Of a stretch of DNA of 64,000 nt, positions 1 through 11,753 are shown one piece after another. The stretch's first letter is position 1, and each line of letters starts with the position of its first letter. Where the stretch lies: contig NC_086097.1 of the NCBI RefSeq assembly GCF_963921235.1, positions 19,966,001 through 20,030,000 on the forward strand. The letters run 5' to 3'. The translations under genes were made by a program, and so were the position numbers. Under the pieces are notes generated by a model, which did not search any database, was not told the origin of the DNA, and worked only from the letters and a program-made list of their open reading frames with translations. This DNA is from Mobula hypostoma. Taxonomy: Eukaryota.

Positions 1-562
1 TTAGTGTTTTTATCAATCTATGTAACACCTACAATAGAGAGTAGACCATGAAAAGGCTGGAATTGTGTTTCGTTTCACAGCACTGATATATATGTCACTT
101 TCATAAAGAAGAGAATTAATCAAATGTCTTTCTTGAGAGAACATACTAATTTAACTAGAGGTAGCAAAGTAAGTGATTTTATTGTGGCCTTACTATTTCG
201 GAGTTTATACTTTAATTCTGTATGACCATTTGAGTTGAGGGGTTATTGACAGGCAGCTTTCAAGTCCCCAGCATGAAGAGGAAAAGGTCAGCTTGTTTTC
301 CAATCAGCTGTCAAGTGTTAGTCAATAACCAGATTCTTGCCACTGGCACCTGTCAGCAAACATGGAGGGCACTGTGTTGTACCTGTCAATAACTGACAAC
401 ATCAATTGCATTGGCGTGGAGTTTCCTCAGTGGTAGAACAGTTACAGTAGCCCTTGCAAACACTTTGATTCACAGAACACTGAAGTTTTCCAAGGCAAAG
501 GCATTCAAGAGATAAATAAAAATATGTGGGGGCAAAACCGAAATAAAACAGTGTAGAATATA

Positions 563-1050
563 AACTCAGTGGTCACTTTATTAGATACCTCATGTCCATA
601 TAGAGGGGCCACTGAGTGTATGTTTGTGGTCTTCTGCCCATCTACCTCAAGGTTCAGCGTGTTGTGTGTTCAGAGATGCTCTTCTCTACACCATTGTTGT
701 TATGAGTGGTTATTCAAGTTACTGTCATCTAGAACCAGTCTGGCCTTTCTCCTTTGACTTCTCTCATTAACAAGGAGTTTTCACCCACAGAACTGTCACT
801 CACTGGATATTTTGCTTTTTGCACCATTCTCTGTAAATTCTGGAGAATGTTGTGCGAAAATCCCAGGAATTTCAGCAGTTTCTGCGATACTCCATCGCAT
901 CCACGATCAAGGTCATTTAGATCACATTTCTTCCCCATATTGCTGTTTGGTCTGAACAACTGAACCTCTTGAGCATGTTTATGCATTGAGTTGCTGCCAC
1001 ACGATTGCCTAGTCAGATATTTGCGTTAGGGTGTAGAGGTGCATCTAATG
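563..1050 (-). mobile_element. Non-autonomous Tc1-like DNA transposon relic
   Basis: TIR-like CTCAGTGGTCACTTTATTAG after TA; minus-strand peptide MGKKCDLNDLDRG...LGFSH resembles a Tc1 transposase N-terminus; homologous to 35860-36367. Confidence 0.7.
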
Positions 1051-1074
1051 AATGTAGTTTTACTGTTACAGAGG

Positions 1075-1950
1075 AAGTGGAATACAGATAGACAAATAAA
1101 GTACAAGGGCCATGATGAGTTAGATTAAGACAGTAAGATCAGTGAAGTTGTACACAGTGTGGAGGGTAGTCTTAAGTTACAAGGTGATATCGATGTGATG
1201 GTGAAATAGACTGAGAAATTACAGGTGATGCATTTTGGGAATACTAACAAGACAAAGGCATGTACCATGAATGGCAAAGCCTTAGAGAGAATCAAGTAAC
1301 AAAGGGACTTTAGAGTACAAATCTATAAATTCTTGAATTTGGCAGAGCCGGTAGATAACACAGTTAGGAAGGCATAAGGGAGGCTGGCCTTCATTAGTTG
1401 GGGCAGTGAATATAAAAGGTATGGAAGTCATGCTCCAAATTTATAAAACATTGGTCAGACTTCAGCTGGAGTAATGCATGTGATTCCAGTCACCAAGGGA
1501 TAGGAAAGATGTGATTGCATTGCAGAAGATACAAAGGAAATTCACCAGGTTGTTGCCTGGGATGGAGCAATTTACTAATGAGGAGAAACTGGAGAGACTA
1601 AATCAGTTTTCCAAAGAGCAGGGATAATAAATTGAGGAGTAAAGACAGGGTACATTTTTGGTAAGTTTTGCTCTTATCTAAAACTAGGGGACAGAGATTT
1701 AGATAAAGGATAATAGATTATGAGCCATAATTCCTTTCACTCAGAGGACGGCAAGTACCTTGAATCCACCGCCAGAGTGTGGTGAAAGCAGAATTGCTGA
1801 CAGCATTTAAGAGAGTGTAATGAATATTTGAATCACCTAGGTATTGAAGGTTACAGACCAAGACCGTAAATGGAATTAATAAGAATTGGGTTGCCCTACA
1901 GAAGACAGCATGAACTTAATAGAGTGAATGGTCTCTTTTTCTGTCAAGAT
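1075..1950 (+). mobile_element. Degenerate CR1 LINE, 3' part of ORF2 and 3' UTR
   Basis: Decayed nucleotide similarity to the CR1 at 60196-62170 (e.g. TATAAAACATTGGTCAGACTTCAGCTGGAGTA, encoding YKTLVR.QLE). Confidence 0.7.
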
Positions 1951-2224
1951 GATTTGAGGCACAGATAAACATTTATTGCATACCATGTCTCTGATGGGCT
2001 AAAGTGAAACAATGAGCAGATGACTGCGGCCTCTGTTTGTAACCTATTGCTTTTGGTAGGCTCTTTGATTTTTTTTGCTCATCACATCAAAAGTCAAAAT
2101 CTATTACTCATTCCAGTTCTGCAACAGTCTCATGTCCTTTGGACTGGCCCTTTAATCTGTCCGAAAATGAAATCCCTAACTTCTAAGGCTTCTCATCCTG
2201 CGATTCCACTTGAACCCTTGACCT

Positions 2225-2485
2225 AAACAAAAGAGATTCCACAAATGCTAGAAATCCAGAGTTACACACCCAAAATGCTGGAGGAATTCAGCAGGTTAGG
2301 CAGAGTCTATGGAGAGGAATAAACAACCAATGTTCGGGCTGAAATATCAATTCATCAGGACAGGAGAGGAAGGTGGAAGAAGCCAGAATGTGGAGGAGGG
2401 GAAGGAGTACAAGGTGGCAGGTGATAGGTAAAGCCAGGTAAGGTGGAAAGTAGGTGGGTGGGTTGAAGTGAAAAGCTGGGAGATG
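2225..2485 (-). mobile_element. PLE terminal fragment with decayed hammerhead
   Basis: AAAATGCTGGAGGAATTCAGCAGG terminal block shared with the other PLE ends in the window. Confidence 0.7.
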
Positions 2486-4952
2486 ATCCTCTTACTTCCC
2501 CATACTGCCTGCAAACAGCTCTTATTATTAAATCACTGATCAGTATTCTTTCCTAGTCCCGCTATCTCTATTACTCTACTCGTTCCGATGTGAAGTGCTT
2601 TGTGCATTTTATGTTATGGATGCCACAATAAACATACAGTAGATTATATTAGACCAGACTGTCCTAATGTAGGAAAATATTTAATTGAAAAGTAGTGACT
2701 ACTGCTACACATCATGAAGGACAGACAAAGGCTGCCAATAAACAGTGTTATTACACAGTGTGGCAACAGCATTGATCACTGCATCGTTAGGTGGAACTAG
2801 ACTACAAAAAAACATAGACTTTTCTCAGCATCAATAATTCAGAAATTTCCCGGCGAGTCCTCCTCATTGGTGCTACAACTTTGACAGAAACTTCAGATAA
2901 ATGAATGAATTAGGTTTCTACTGACCTTCCAAAGATATTACATCTGACTGGAATGCATGAACCTCACAGAATGTCAACGTTTGTGATATGGAACAGAAGT
3001 AAAAAGATATCAGTTTATTTTAAATAGAGCTATCAAATATTAATCTCCATGAAGCATTACTTAATAGACATTGAGATCCAGCAGCAAATGACATGACTAT
3101 TGCTCTCTACATCTGTCTCCAAGAGTGTAACTGCAGCATCAATGTATTAAAGTTTAGTTTTGTGTGAGATTATATAAAATAAATCAAACTCTAATCTCTC
3201 TACTTGCCCAGATGAGTGAAGCTCCAATACTCAAGATCAACACTATTCAGGAGAAAATATTTGAATGGCACCATATTAGCTACCATAAAAATTTACTCCT
3301 TCCATTACAGTGCACCAGGTCTATAACGTGCACTATCTAAATGTACTGCAATAAATTACCAAGTACCTTCCAAACCTCTAATCCCTACCACACAGAAGAG
3401 AGCCGAAGCGTAATTGTTTCTTACAGATGTTCCCTTTCACAAACTCTTACACAGGAGGTAGAAGCTCACCACTATCTTCTTAAAGGCTATTAGATGTGGC
3501 CACCATGTTAAACAACTTCTGCCAGTGAGCACATTGCAAAAATAAATAACAATGTGAAAATATTAAAGATAGAATAGGACTTTTTGAAGGACAAAGTCAT
3601 ATTTCCATTCAGTGCCATGCCAGATTTACATAATGGTTAGTAAGTGCGAAGATTTTGCATTTGTATTAGGATGGTGGATAAAGATGCAACAATAGCCTGC
3701 AAAAGGGAAATGGAATAAATGCAAAAGGAAAAATGAAGATCAAAGAAAGAGTAGAAAGCAGGAGATTAAACAAAAATAGAACATTATGGTAGAAAACAAA
3801 AAAGAATGGCAAGAAACAAACGATGGATCTGAAGGTGTAAACAGAGGCCGACAGTTGCTACTACAGTTGCTTGATTAAGGAACGTTTATGTAACAGAATA
3901 TTATTCAGCAACTTCAGGTGGATTTATGAAACAAAACAAAAAATGCTGGAAACACTCAGCAGGATAGGTATCATCTATAGAAAGACAAAATTAATGTTTT
4001 AAGACCAAAATGTCTAATGAACAAGTTGTGTCAAGAGGCCAGTATTCATGCCGTATTCTTGGATGAACTGTTTCTATTTTCGTTCAGATTTAGGATATAC
4101 AGCTTGACTTAGGATATACAGCTTGACATTGCTGCCCTCAGCCAAGTAGTGGATAGTGATATTATGTTGAGACTGATGACAACCTACCAAAATATTGGCA
4201 ACCATAAAATCATACTTTGGCTTGCAGCCAACACTCAAGCAGACAAAGGAAATGGAAAATAAAAGTTCAGTAAAATAAAATAGTAAAACAATTAAGCCAT
4301 TAGTTAGGAATGTACTGATTACATGTAAACAGTCAGTATTAAAGTTATTCAATAATGTTGTTAATTATCAACACTTCCTTACAGATTTGTCTCTTTTTAA
4401 ATTTGTGCAGTGCTGTACTTTGCTTTAAGATAACTAAGAGCAATGTTAAATCATTTTGGCTAGATAGAAAAACAGGATTAACTTCACTGTAACCCAAATT
4501 GATTTTTTATCATTTGAATCCAGAGATTAGATTGCAGCCTCAAACTAACAGTTTGGTATCTGCTTTTAATAATACATATGACCCCATTTTATTTATGAGT
4601 TTCTTGTTTCCATTTTAGAGTTAGTCCAGTCAATTTTGTTCTCTAGTGCAAATTATTTGTCTCGTTATAACTTGTACACAACGGAAGAATTAAACATCTT
4701 TTGCAATCAATAAAAGAGCATTGGCCATTTCACCTGTAGTTCAGTATTAGGACTGTTTGCCAAGGCATGGAATTACAAAACGGTACAATGCCCCCCTATG
4801 CAAAGCAGGTACATTGAGTGTTAAGGTATTTCAAGCACATGATGCAGTGACTGAGAAAGCAGAGTAACAGATTTAAAAGCTGAAATCTCCACATAGTGAC
4901 CTCCACCTCTTGAAATATGGTTATGGAAATAATAGCAACTGGAACTTTAGAG

Positions 4953-5032
4953 CAGGGTTTCCCAACCTTATTTAAAGCCATGGACCAATACCATAAAGCA
5001 AGGGGTCTGCAGAGCCCAGTTTGGGAACCCTG
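4953..5032. mobile_element. 80-bp hAT (Charlie-like) MITE
   Basis: TIRs CAGGGTTTCCCAA / TTGGGAACCCTG; 8-bp TSD CTTTAGAG (4945-4952) / CTTTGGAG (5033-5040). Confidence 0.8.
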
Positions 5033-5187
5033 CTTTGGAGGGATACCAAGCTAAATGCAGGCAAATGAGACTAGCATCAACGGGCATCTTGGTTGGCATG
5101 TATGAGCTAGTCTGAAGGATCCTTTGTGTGCCCTATTACTCGATAACATTAGGAAAGGTGAAATCAACACCACAGGCCAAGAGAGTT

Positions 5188-5500
5188 CATGCCACATGAA
5201 CACTGACTTCTCAAACTTCCGCTAATGCCCCACCTCCCCCTCGTACCCTATCCATTATTTATTTATATACACACATTCTTTTTCTCTCTCTGTCCCTCTG
5301 ACTATACCCCTTGCCCATCCTCTGGGTTCCCCCCCCCTTTTTTCTCCCTAGGCCTCCTGTCCCATTATCCTCTCGTATCCCTTTTGCCAATCACCTGTCC
5401 AGCTCTTGGCTCCATCCCTCCCCCTCCTGTCTTCTCCTGTCATTTTGGATCTCCCCCACCCCCTCCCACTTTCAAATCTCTTACTAGCTCTTCTAACTAT
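5188..5500 (+). mobile_element. PLE 3' fragment (ORF end plus pyrimidine-rich 3' UTR)
   Basis: ATGAACACTGACTTCTCAAACTTCCG matches the MNIDFSNF end of the PLE ORFs at 12541 and 33527. Confidence 0.7.
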
Positions 5501-6244
5501 TTAGCAGTTACATTTCAAACCTCATCACCAAGATAACAGAACTTTAACACATGTAAACAACTAATTGAAAGCAGACAAGGTTGTGGCCTGGATAAATTCA
5601 TCTTTTATAATTATTTATTGGAGTTCATGAACTAGTTCATGGACATTGTAAGAAGTACTTCTGTAACTGCTTGCTGTGCTTTTTAAAAAGTGTAAGTGGT
5701 CAGTTCTATATTTAAAATAATAATGGTGCAGGGTAAATTATAAATAATACATTTTTGTAAATGAATAGCATTACCTACACTGGTTGGCACATTGCAACAT
5801 ATCATATTACGGAAATAGATCTCTGCTAATTATAATGCTCCTGATATTCTGGTCAATGGTGAAGTAACTGCTCAGCAATACTCTCAAATAAGTGTCCTGT
5901 GGGGATTGACCCCTCCCTCCTGTGGATTTCCAAGTTCCCCAATGTTAATTACAGCACAAGTGTCAATTCTACAGCATCTCTGGCGCCCTGCAATAGTAGG
6001 CTAACCAACAGGGGGCAATCATAGTGGAAAATTCTTTGCAGGGTTTAGACTTCCAACATCTGCAATTTTTAATTTTCAGTAAAAAGCACAATTTGTAACT
6101 ATGTTTTTTAAACACTTCAAAAATACATGCAAAGGTTAACATAGAAAATAAAGTATTATACACTCTTTAGAATAATAATAATCATAAAAAGTACAGAGGA
6201 CCTCCATTTGTGAGGGTGAAACATAGACGTTGTGTTCTAGCTGT

Positions 6245-6495
6245 TGATTCGCAAGCCAGGGCGATACAACATTGGAAGAAAGCTGTTGATAATGCAGCAG
6301 GCTAACCCTCTCCACGTAGCTGATGAATCCAAAGGAAAGGCAGAGACCAAAACAGTTTGACACCAGTGGTGTCACAAGAGTTGCCAGACAGTGTTGAACT
6401 CAATGTTGGACTGTCTTAGGGACTGCATCTCCAGATTTTTCCACATGGTTTACTCCCAAAGTCTGGCCCATGAGTGGGTATAGCTGCAAGGTAGT
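6245..6495 (+). mobile_element. Possible RTE-clade 5' UTR fragment
   Basis: Recalled similarity only (CTCTCCACGTAGCTGATGAATCCAAAGG...GAGTGGGTATAGCTGCAAGG); no second copy in the window. Confidence 0.3.
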
Positions 6496-6799
6496 ACATT
6501 TTGAGGATTACCCCAAAAGAGGCTGCAAAACAGAATGTCCAATGGAGGTGCAGGACTCCACTGAAATTAACGTACATTCCCAAGTTTCATATTTCGGTAT
6601 TTCGGAAGATAACGTTGTTTTCACAATGTAATGTGGCTATGCTGCTAGTTATGCCATTCACACAACAGCAATGTACTGTCCCCGTTTGCTTTAATAGCAC
6701 TGTATTCATCTCTCACCTCTGTCAAATCCCTCCACCAATTCTGCAACCATCAAGGGAATTAATTCACACTACTGATTATTCGACCACGGTTCAATTAGG

Positions 6800-7300
6800 C
6801 TAGAAATTCACTAACAGCATTTTATAGGAGGGCTCTGCAATGGGTACTTAAAACTGCCCGATGCATCACCAGCACCAGTCTACCCACTGGACAAAGGCCA
6901 GCAATATCATGAAGGATCGCACCCACCTTGCTTATGGACTGGTTGTACCATTTCCATCAGAGAAGAGGTTACACAGTATCCATGCCAGCACCACTAGACT
7001 CAAAGACAGCTTTCTCCCCAAAGCCATCAAGCTGATCCACACCTTCACCCATTAACCCACCCATCTAATACCACCATTATGTCATACACATCACCTTATG
7101 AACATACTTCGCTTTATGTACATAAAATCAGTCTATACATATAACATTTGTGTTTTATAGAATTGCTTTTAGACTTTTGTTTTTTTTTGTGTCCTCTATG
7201 CTTATGATGTTTTTAAGCTGCATCGGATTCAGAGTAACAATCATTTTGCTCTCCTTTATACTCATGCACTACTGAATGACAATAAACAATCTTGAATTTG
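6800..7300 (+). mobile_element. Rex1/Babar-type LINE 3' end
   Basis: Peptide KASNIMKDRTHL...TTRLKDSFLPKAIKLI is typical of the Rex1 ORF C-terminus; ends AATGACAATAAACAATCTTGAA. Confidence 0.7.
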
Positions 7301-9320
7301 AGAAAACACAGAGCACTGGAATAAAAACAGAAAATAACAATGCATTGTTTTCTGTGCATTAATTTAATTTCAGAACCTGATGACATCAGATGAACACGAA
7401 CAAATGTCTGCAGCGGAAATCAGTTATCTTGCATAAAATAGTCAGGGTTATGGTTTCCTTTCCTGAAATGTGTCCATAAAGTGATTTCCCCAAAATAAGA
7501 ATGTGAAATCTTTAGACTCAAAAGCCCTTAAGAACTGACTTGCAAGGAGTAGACTAGGGTACGGAGGTATAGATGATAGTGGTTACCAGTGAGTGAACTG
7601 TGAGAAATGTTTGCCTGAATGCAGTCTAAGAGGGAGTGACTTGGAGAGCTAACCTACTAATCAGAGAGAAAGCCATCAGCAGTTTAATGAAAGAATATGT
7701 ATTAACGAGAGGCGGCTCAGGGGTCATAATGTTTGATCCTACCCAAAGGAAAGTTTGGAAAGGACATTGGCTTTAACAAAGGCTGATCTCTGCATTGTTT
7801 ACTGGTGGGGGATTTGAGTACTATACCCAAGAACAGACTCCAAGAGAATATTCATCAGGTTGAATTTCTGTCACCTAGTTCTTCCACAACCTGGTGAGGG
7901 CCTGTATTATTTCAATTTTAATATTGTTCCCAACACTGGTTAATTAGAAACTATAAGCCATATGATTTATGAAATAGTTTAAAAAGTTCAAACATTCGAC
8001 ATTTTTATCCTTAAATGAATTTACCTTTTGATAATTAAAACTTGAATTGAAGTTGTAGTCAAATTTTTTTTCCCCACATAAATACTTTTGCTTTTGTATT
8101 AATTTCTGGGTACGCTTTACTCACATACCATCTGCCATCCATTATAATTACACAGTACTACATAATGTAGTATCAGTGGTTTATTGTTCAATATTTTAAA
8201 CCGTCCTTAATTTTTGTTTCATATTCTGCTTACTTTAAGCTAACAGTTGCATGCCAAAAATGTCTTCCAGCATCTATTTCAGTCTTATTTTAAAATTAAG
8301 TACTGGAGGCAGCTTTTAAAAGCCAAAGAAATCAAGCCATGCTAAGAAATAAGGTACTTAATTATGATTCAGTTGAGAGGAGCTAAATTGACTAATAGCA
8401 ATCCAAAAATCATTATGAATACATCACCTTGGGGTGTCCATCACTAGGTTAAACATGATGCTAATTGGAAATGGGCTGATTAATAGCCCTCTGTCCTGTC
8501 TATTCAAATAACACTTAACAAAATAATCAGTGGTGGCTGGCCACCAATTTCCCTAAAAGGAATTAAGCCATCAGAATTAACTGATAGGAAACAAATGAAG
8601 ATGACCTGTAATTACTAAACTGGTGAAGTAATTATCATATTATAGAAAATTATTCTTGATGAAAATCTTGTAAAACTGTGTCTCTAAGTCCGTTTCTTTT
8701 CAATTTCAGGCCCTTCATTTGTAACTCAGAAACACTTTTTCCTTTCATTTTAATTATTTGCCCAGAGACTCTGGAGGTATTTGCTGTCTGTGGTACTATA
8801 ATTAAAAATGCAACTTGGTCAACAAACCTCTCCCTATTTTTGTTTGAAATTTAAACAAATTACAGATGCATGAGAGGGTTCAGTGGGTTACAACAACCAA
8901 GTGCATTCCCCTTACCATGACATAGGCAATCATTTTTGTAGCTTAGGATTGATTTTATGGGTGTATTGGATTTTTTTTAAGAAAAGGAAAACAACTTACA
9001 CTTAATAGCATTATCTACGTGATAAACATCCAAGTGAGCTTTATAAGATTTCAGATAAAACGGAAGTGGATGTCAGTTGAAAGCTGAGTTTTATGGGGAG
9101 GCATTTTAAGAATGTCCCATGGCAGAGGTGTGGCAACTGACAGCTCATTCACTGAGAATGGATGGGAAGGAAAGGAAACAGAGGAAAGCAAGTGATGGAA
9201 CTTTGATACCAGATATTTGAGAATCTGCTGGGGAGGTGGAAGCCAGGTTTTTGTAGGCTGGACTCCAGAGGCCTGTCCTGGGGTATGTGTGGTAACACTT
9301 GGGATGCCCCGTGGACACCA

Positions 9321-9703
9321 GAGCAAGGAGGCCTACAAACCTGACTCAGTTACACCAGTTCTATCTGGAGGAATGGAACAAAATTCCAGCAACTTGCTGT
9401 GAGAAGCTTGTGGAAGGCTACCCAAAACATTTGACCCAAGTTAAACAATTTAAAGGCAATGCTACCAAATACTAACAAAGTGTATGTAAACTTCTGACCA
9501 ACTGGGAAAGTGATGAAAGAAATAAAAGCTGAAATAAATCATTCTCTCTACTATTATTCTGACATTTCACATTCTTAAAATAAAGTAGTGATCCTAACTG
9601 ACCTAAGACAGGGAACGTTTTCTAGGATTAAATGTCAGGAATTGTGAAAAACTGAGCTTAAATGTGTTTGGCTAAGGTGTATGTAAACTTCTGACTTCAG
9701 CTG
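9321..9703 (+). mobile_element. Sleeping Beauty-like (salmonid-subfamily Tc1) transposase C-terminus plus complete right IR/DR
   Basis: 9323-9475 encodes ARRPTNLTQLHQFYLEEWNKIPATCCEKLVEGYPKHLTQVKQFKGNATKY*; direct repeat GTGTATGTAAACTTCTGAC at 9480 and 9677; ends CTG followed by TA (9704-9705). Confidence 0.9.
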
Positions 9704-9705
9704 TA

Positions 9706-9895
9706 TGAACCATCTACAACCACCCTTTGCCTTCCGTGGGCAAGCCAATTCTGGATCCACAAAGCAAGGTCTCCTTGGATCCCATGCCTCCTTACTTTCT
9801 GAAGGAGCCTTGCATGAGGAACCTTATCAAATGCCTTACTGAAATCCATATACACTGTATCACTGCTCTACCTTCATAAATGTGTTTTGCTACAT
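9706..9895 (-). mobile_element. CR1 LINE RT fragment
   Basis: Matches about 61215-61400 of the long CR1 (ACCTTATCAAATGCCTTACTGAAATCCATATA). Confidence 0.7.
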
Positions 9896-9955
9896 AATGA
9901 TCTGAGCTTGTCCCATCATAAAGGAATAGGCCATCTTACCCATCAGATCTGCTGT

Positions 9956-10264
9956 CATAGAAACATAGAAAATAGGTGCAGGAGTAGGCCATTCGGCCCT
10001 TTGAGCCTGCACCGCCATTTATTATGATCATGGCTGATCATCCAACTCAGAACCCCGCCCCAGCCTTCCCTCCATACCCCCTGACCCCTGTAGCCACAAG
10101 GGCCATATCTAACTCCCTCTTAAACATAGCCAATGAACTGGCCTCAACAGTTTGCTGTGGCAGAGAATTCCACAGATTCACCACTCTCTGTGTGAAGAAG
10201 TTTTTCCTAATCTCGGTCCTAAAAGGCTTCCCCTCTATCCTCAAACTGTGACCCCTCGTTCTGT
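9956..10264 (-). mobile_element. CR1 LINE 3' end
   Basis: RTRGHSLRI...FFTQRVVNLWNSLP...FKRELD; short-repeat tail CATAGAAACATAGAAA. Confidence 0.85.
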
Positions 10265-10565
10265 CATTCAATAAGATCAGGGCTGACTTGATCTTAGCTC
10301 CACTTATCTGCCTTTTCCCCAGAACCCTCAATTACCCTGCCACGCAAAAGCAATTTTAAATTATGGTATGAATATAATTCACATTTATATACTAAGTGAA
10401 AGGAGCAGATTCTATATGTCAAAAGTAGTTTTTCTCACTGGAATTACATAAACGATGCAGCACAAACTAGCCTGATCTACTCAGTGTTGGTGGACTTCAC
10501 TTCCTCCATTTCATTCATTCATTTTAGCTTCTCGGTATGCTATTTTCACTCCTTAATCTTACATA

Positions 10566-10781
10566 GGGTTGGCAGGTGGTGTAGTGGTATCAGAACTGGA
10601 CTTCAAAGCAAATGGTCCCGAGTTCAAAACCGGCCAGGTCCCAACCCGGGTAGCAGCAATATCTGTGCAGAAGAAAGGCCTGGCAACCTACTTCCATGTA
10701 TTGCCATGAAATGCTATGGACAACTACACCATCCATGTGGTCACCATGAGTCAACAATAACTTGATGGCTCTCAACAACAT
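10566..10781 (+). mobile_element. tRNA-derived SINE with RTE-type 3' tail
   Basis: A box TGGTGTAGTGG (10577-10587), B box GAGTTCAAAAC (10620-10630), tail GTCACCATGAGTCAAC...TTGATGGC...CAACAACA; perfect 9-bp TSD TCTTACATA (10557-10565, 10782-10790). Confidence 0.8.
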
Positions 10782-10889
10782 TCTTACATACCCCAGTTTC
10801 CTTTAAAAATAAAAGTTAGTTTTAAATTAGATCTGTTTTATATAATTTAGATTAGGAAAGTCTAAGTAGCTTCAATCCTAAACATTCAG

Positions 10890-11200
10890 TCGCTCCACCA
10901 CTAGTGTACCATGGTTATACCATCTACAGAAAGTACTACAGTAACAGTCTTCCAATATCTCCTGAACTTGTAAACTCTAGCACTAAGGACAGTGACAGCA
11001 GGCCAAGAGGAGTGCCACCACCTGCAGGTTCCGTCTGCGTCACACATCATCTTCATTTGGAAGCATCTCCGTTCTTTCATTGTCACTGCAGCCAACCTTA
11101 AAGGACTGGAGTGGTACAAGACAGTTCACATATTTTCAAGAGTAATTAGTGATGGGCAATAAATGTTAATCTTGAAGGTGATACCCATGGTCTGTGGAAA
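10890..11200 (+). mobile_element. Old CR1/L2-group LINE 3' end (related copies near 3170-3540 and 35200-35540)
   Basis: Shared decayed blocks CCATCTACAGAAAGTACTAC and AATTAGTGATGGGCAATAAATG. Confidence 0.5.
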
Positions 11201-11753
11201 ATACCCTTCCTGGACAGCACTAATCAATGCCATTCAATCCTTCCAATGTAACATGATTTAAAAAAGCAACTAGAAATCTACTGACTTCATGTCATGTAAT
11301 ATGTAAATACTAAAATGTTATGATATTCCACCCCCACCACCACTCCAACAGGAGGGGAATATTGATTACAATTTTGTTTCTATCTTCTGGTAGATACTGA
11401 GGAAGGAACTGCACCTTCCTAAGAGATACAGTCACAGGTCATCTGTTTGTATAAAGCCACTTTGCATTTGCAATTTAAGCCGCAAAAGTCATTTTTTTTC
11501 TCTAAAGCAATTTTGAACAAGACCATTCAGAAGTATGCAGCTCCCCTTCTCATCTCCTGAGACCTTAAGGGTTAACTCCACCCACATAACAATTCAGGAC
11601 TTATTGAAAGGCCATTTAATATTACTACAGATAGTGACCAGTTAAAAACCTGGTAGAATTAGAGATCACAAGCTTCTCCACTAAGCTTATGCATGATTGC
11701 TAAACTCAAAGTGGCCTTTTTTTTTTAACATAAATCTGATACAGGGCAAACTA

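Noticed and set aside
6315..6355. CTGATGA...AAAC as another hammerhead
   Set aside because: No GAAA box or supporting helices could be formed.
9074..9090. CAGTTGAA as the left end of the Sleeping Beauty-like element
   Set aside because: The match stops after 8 nt, with no preceding TA and no DR.
10566..10640. tRNA gene
   Set aside because: A and B boxes are present but there is no cloverleaf; it is a SINE head with tail and TSD.
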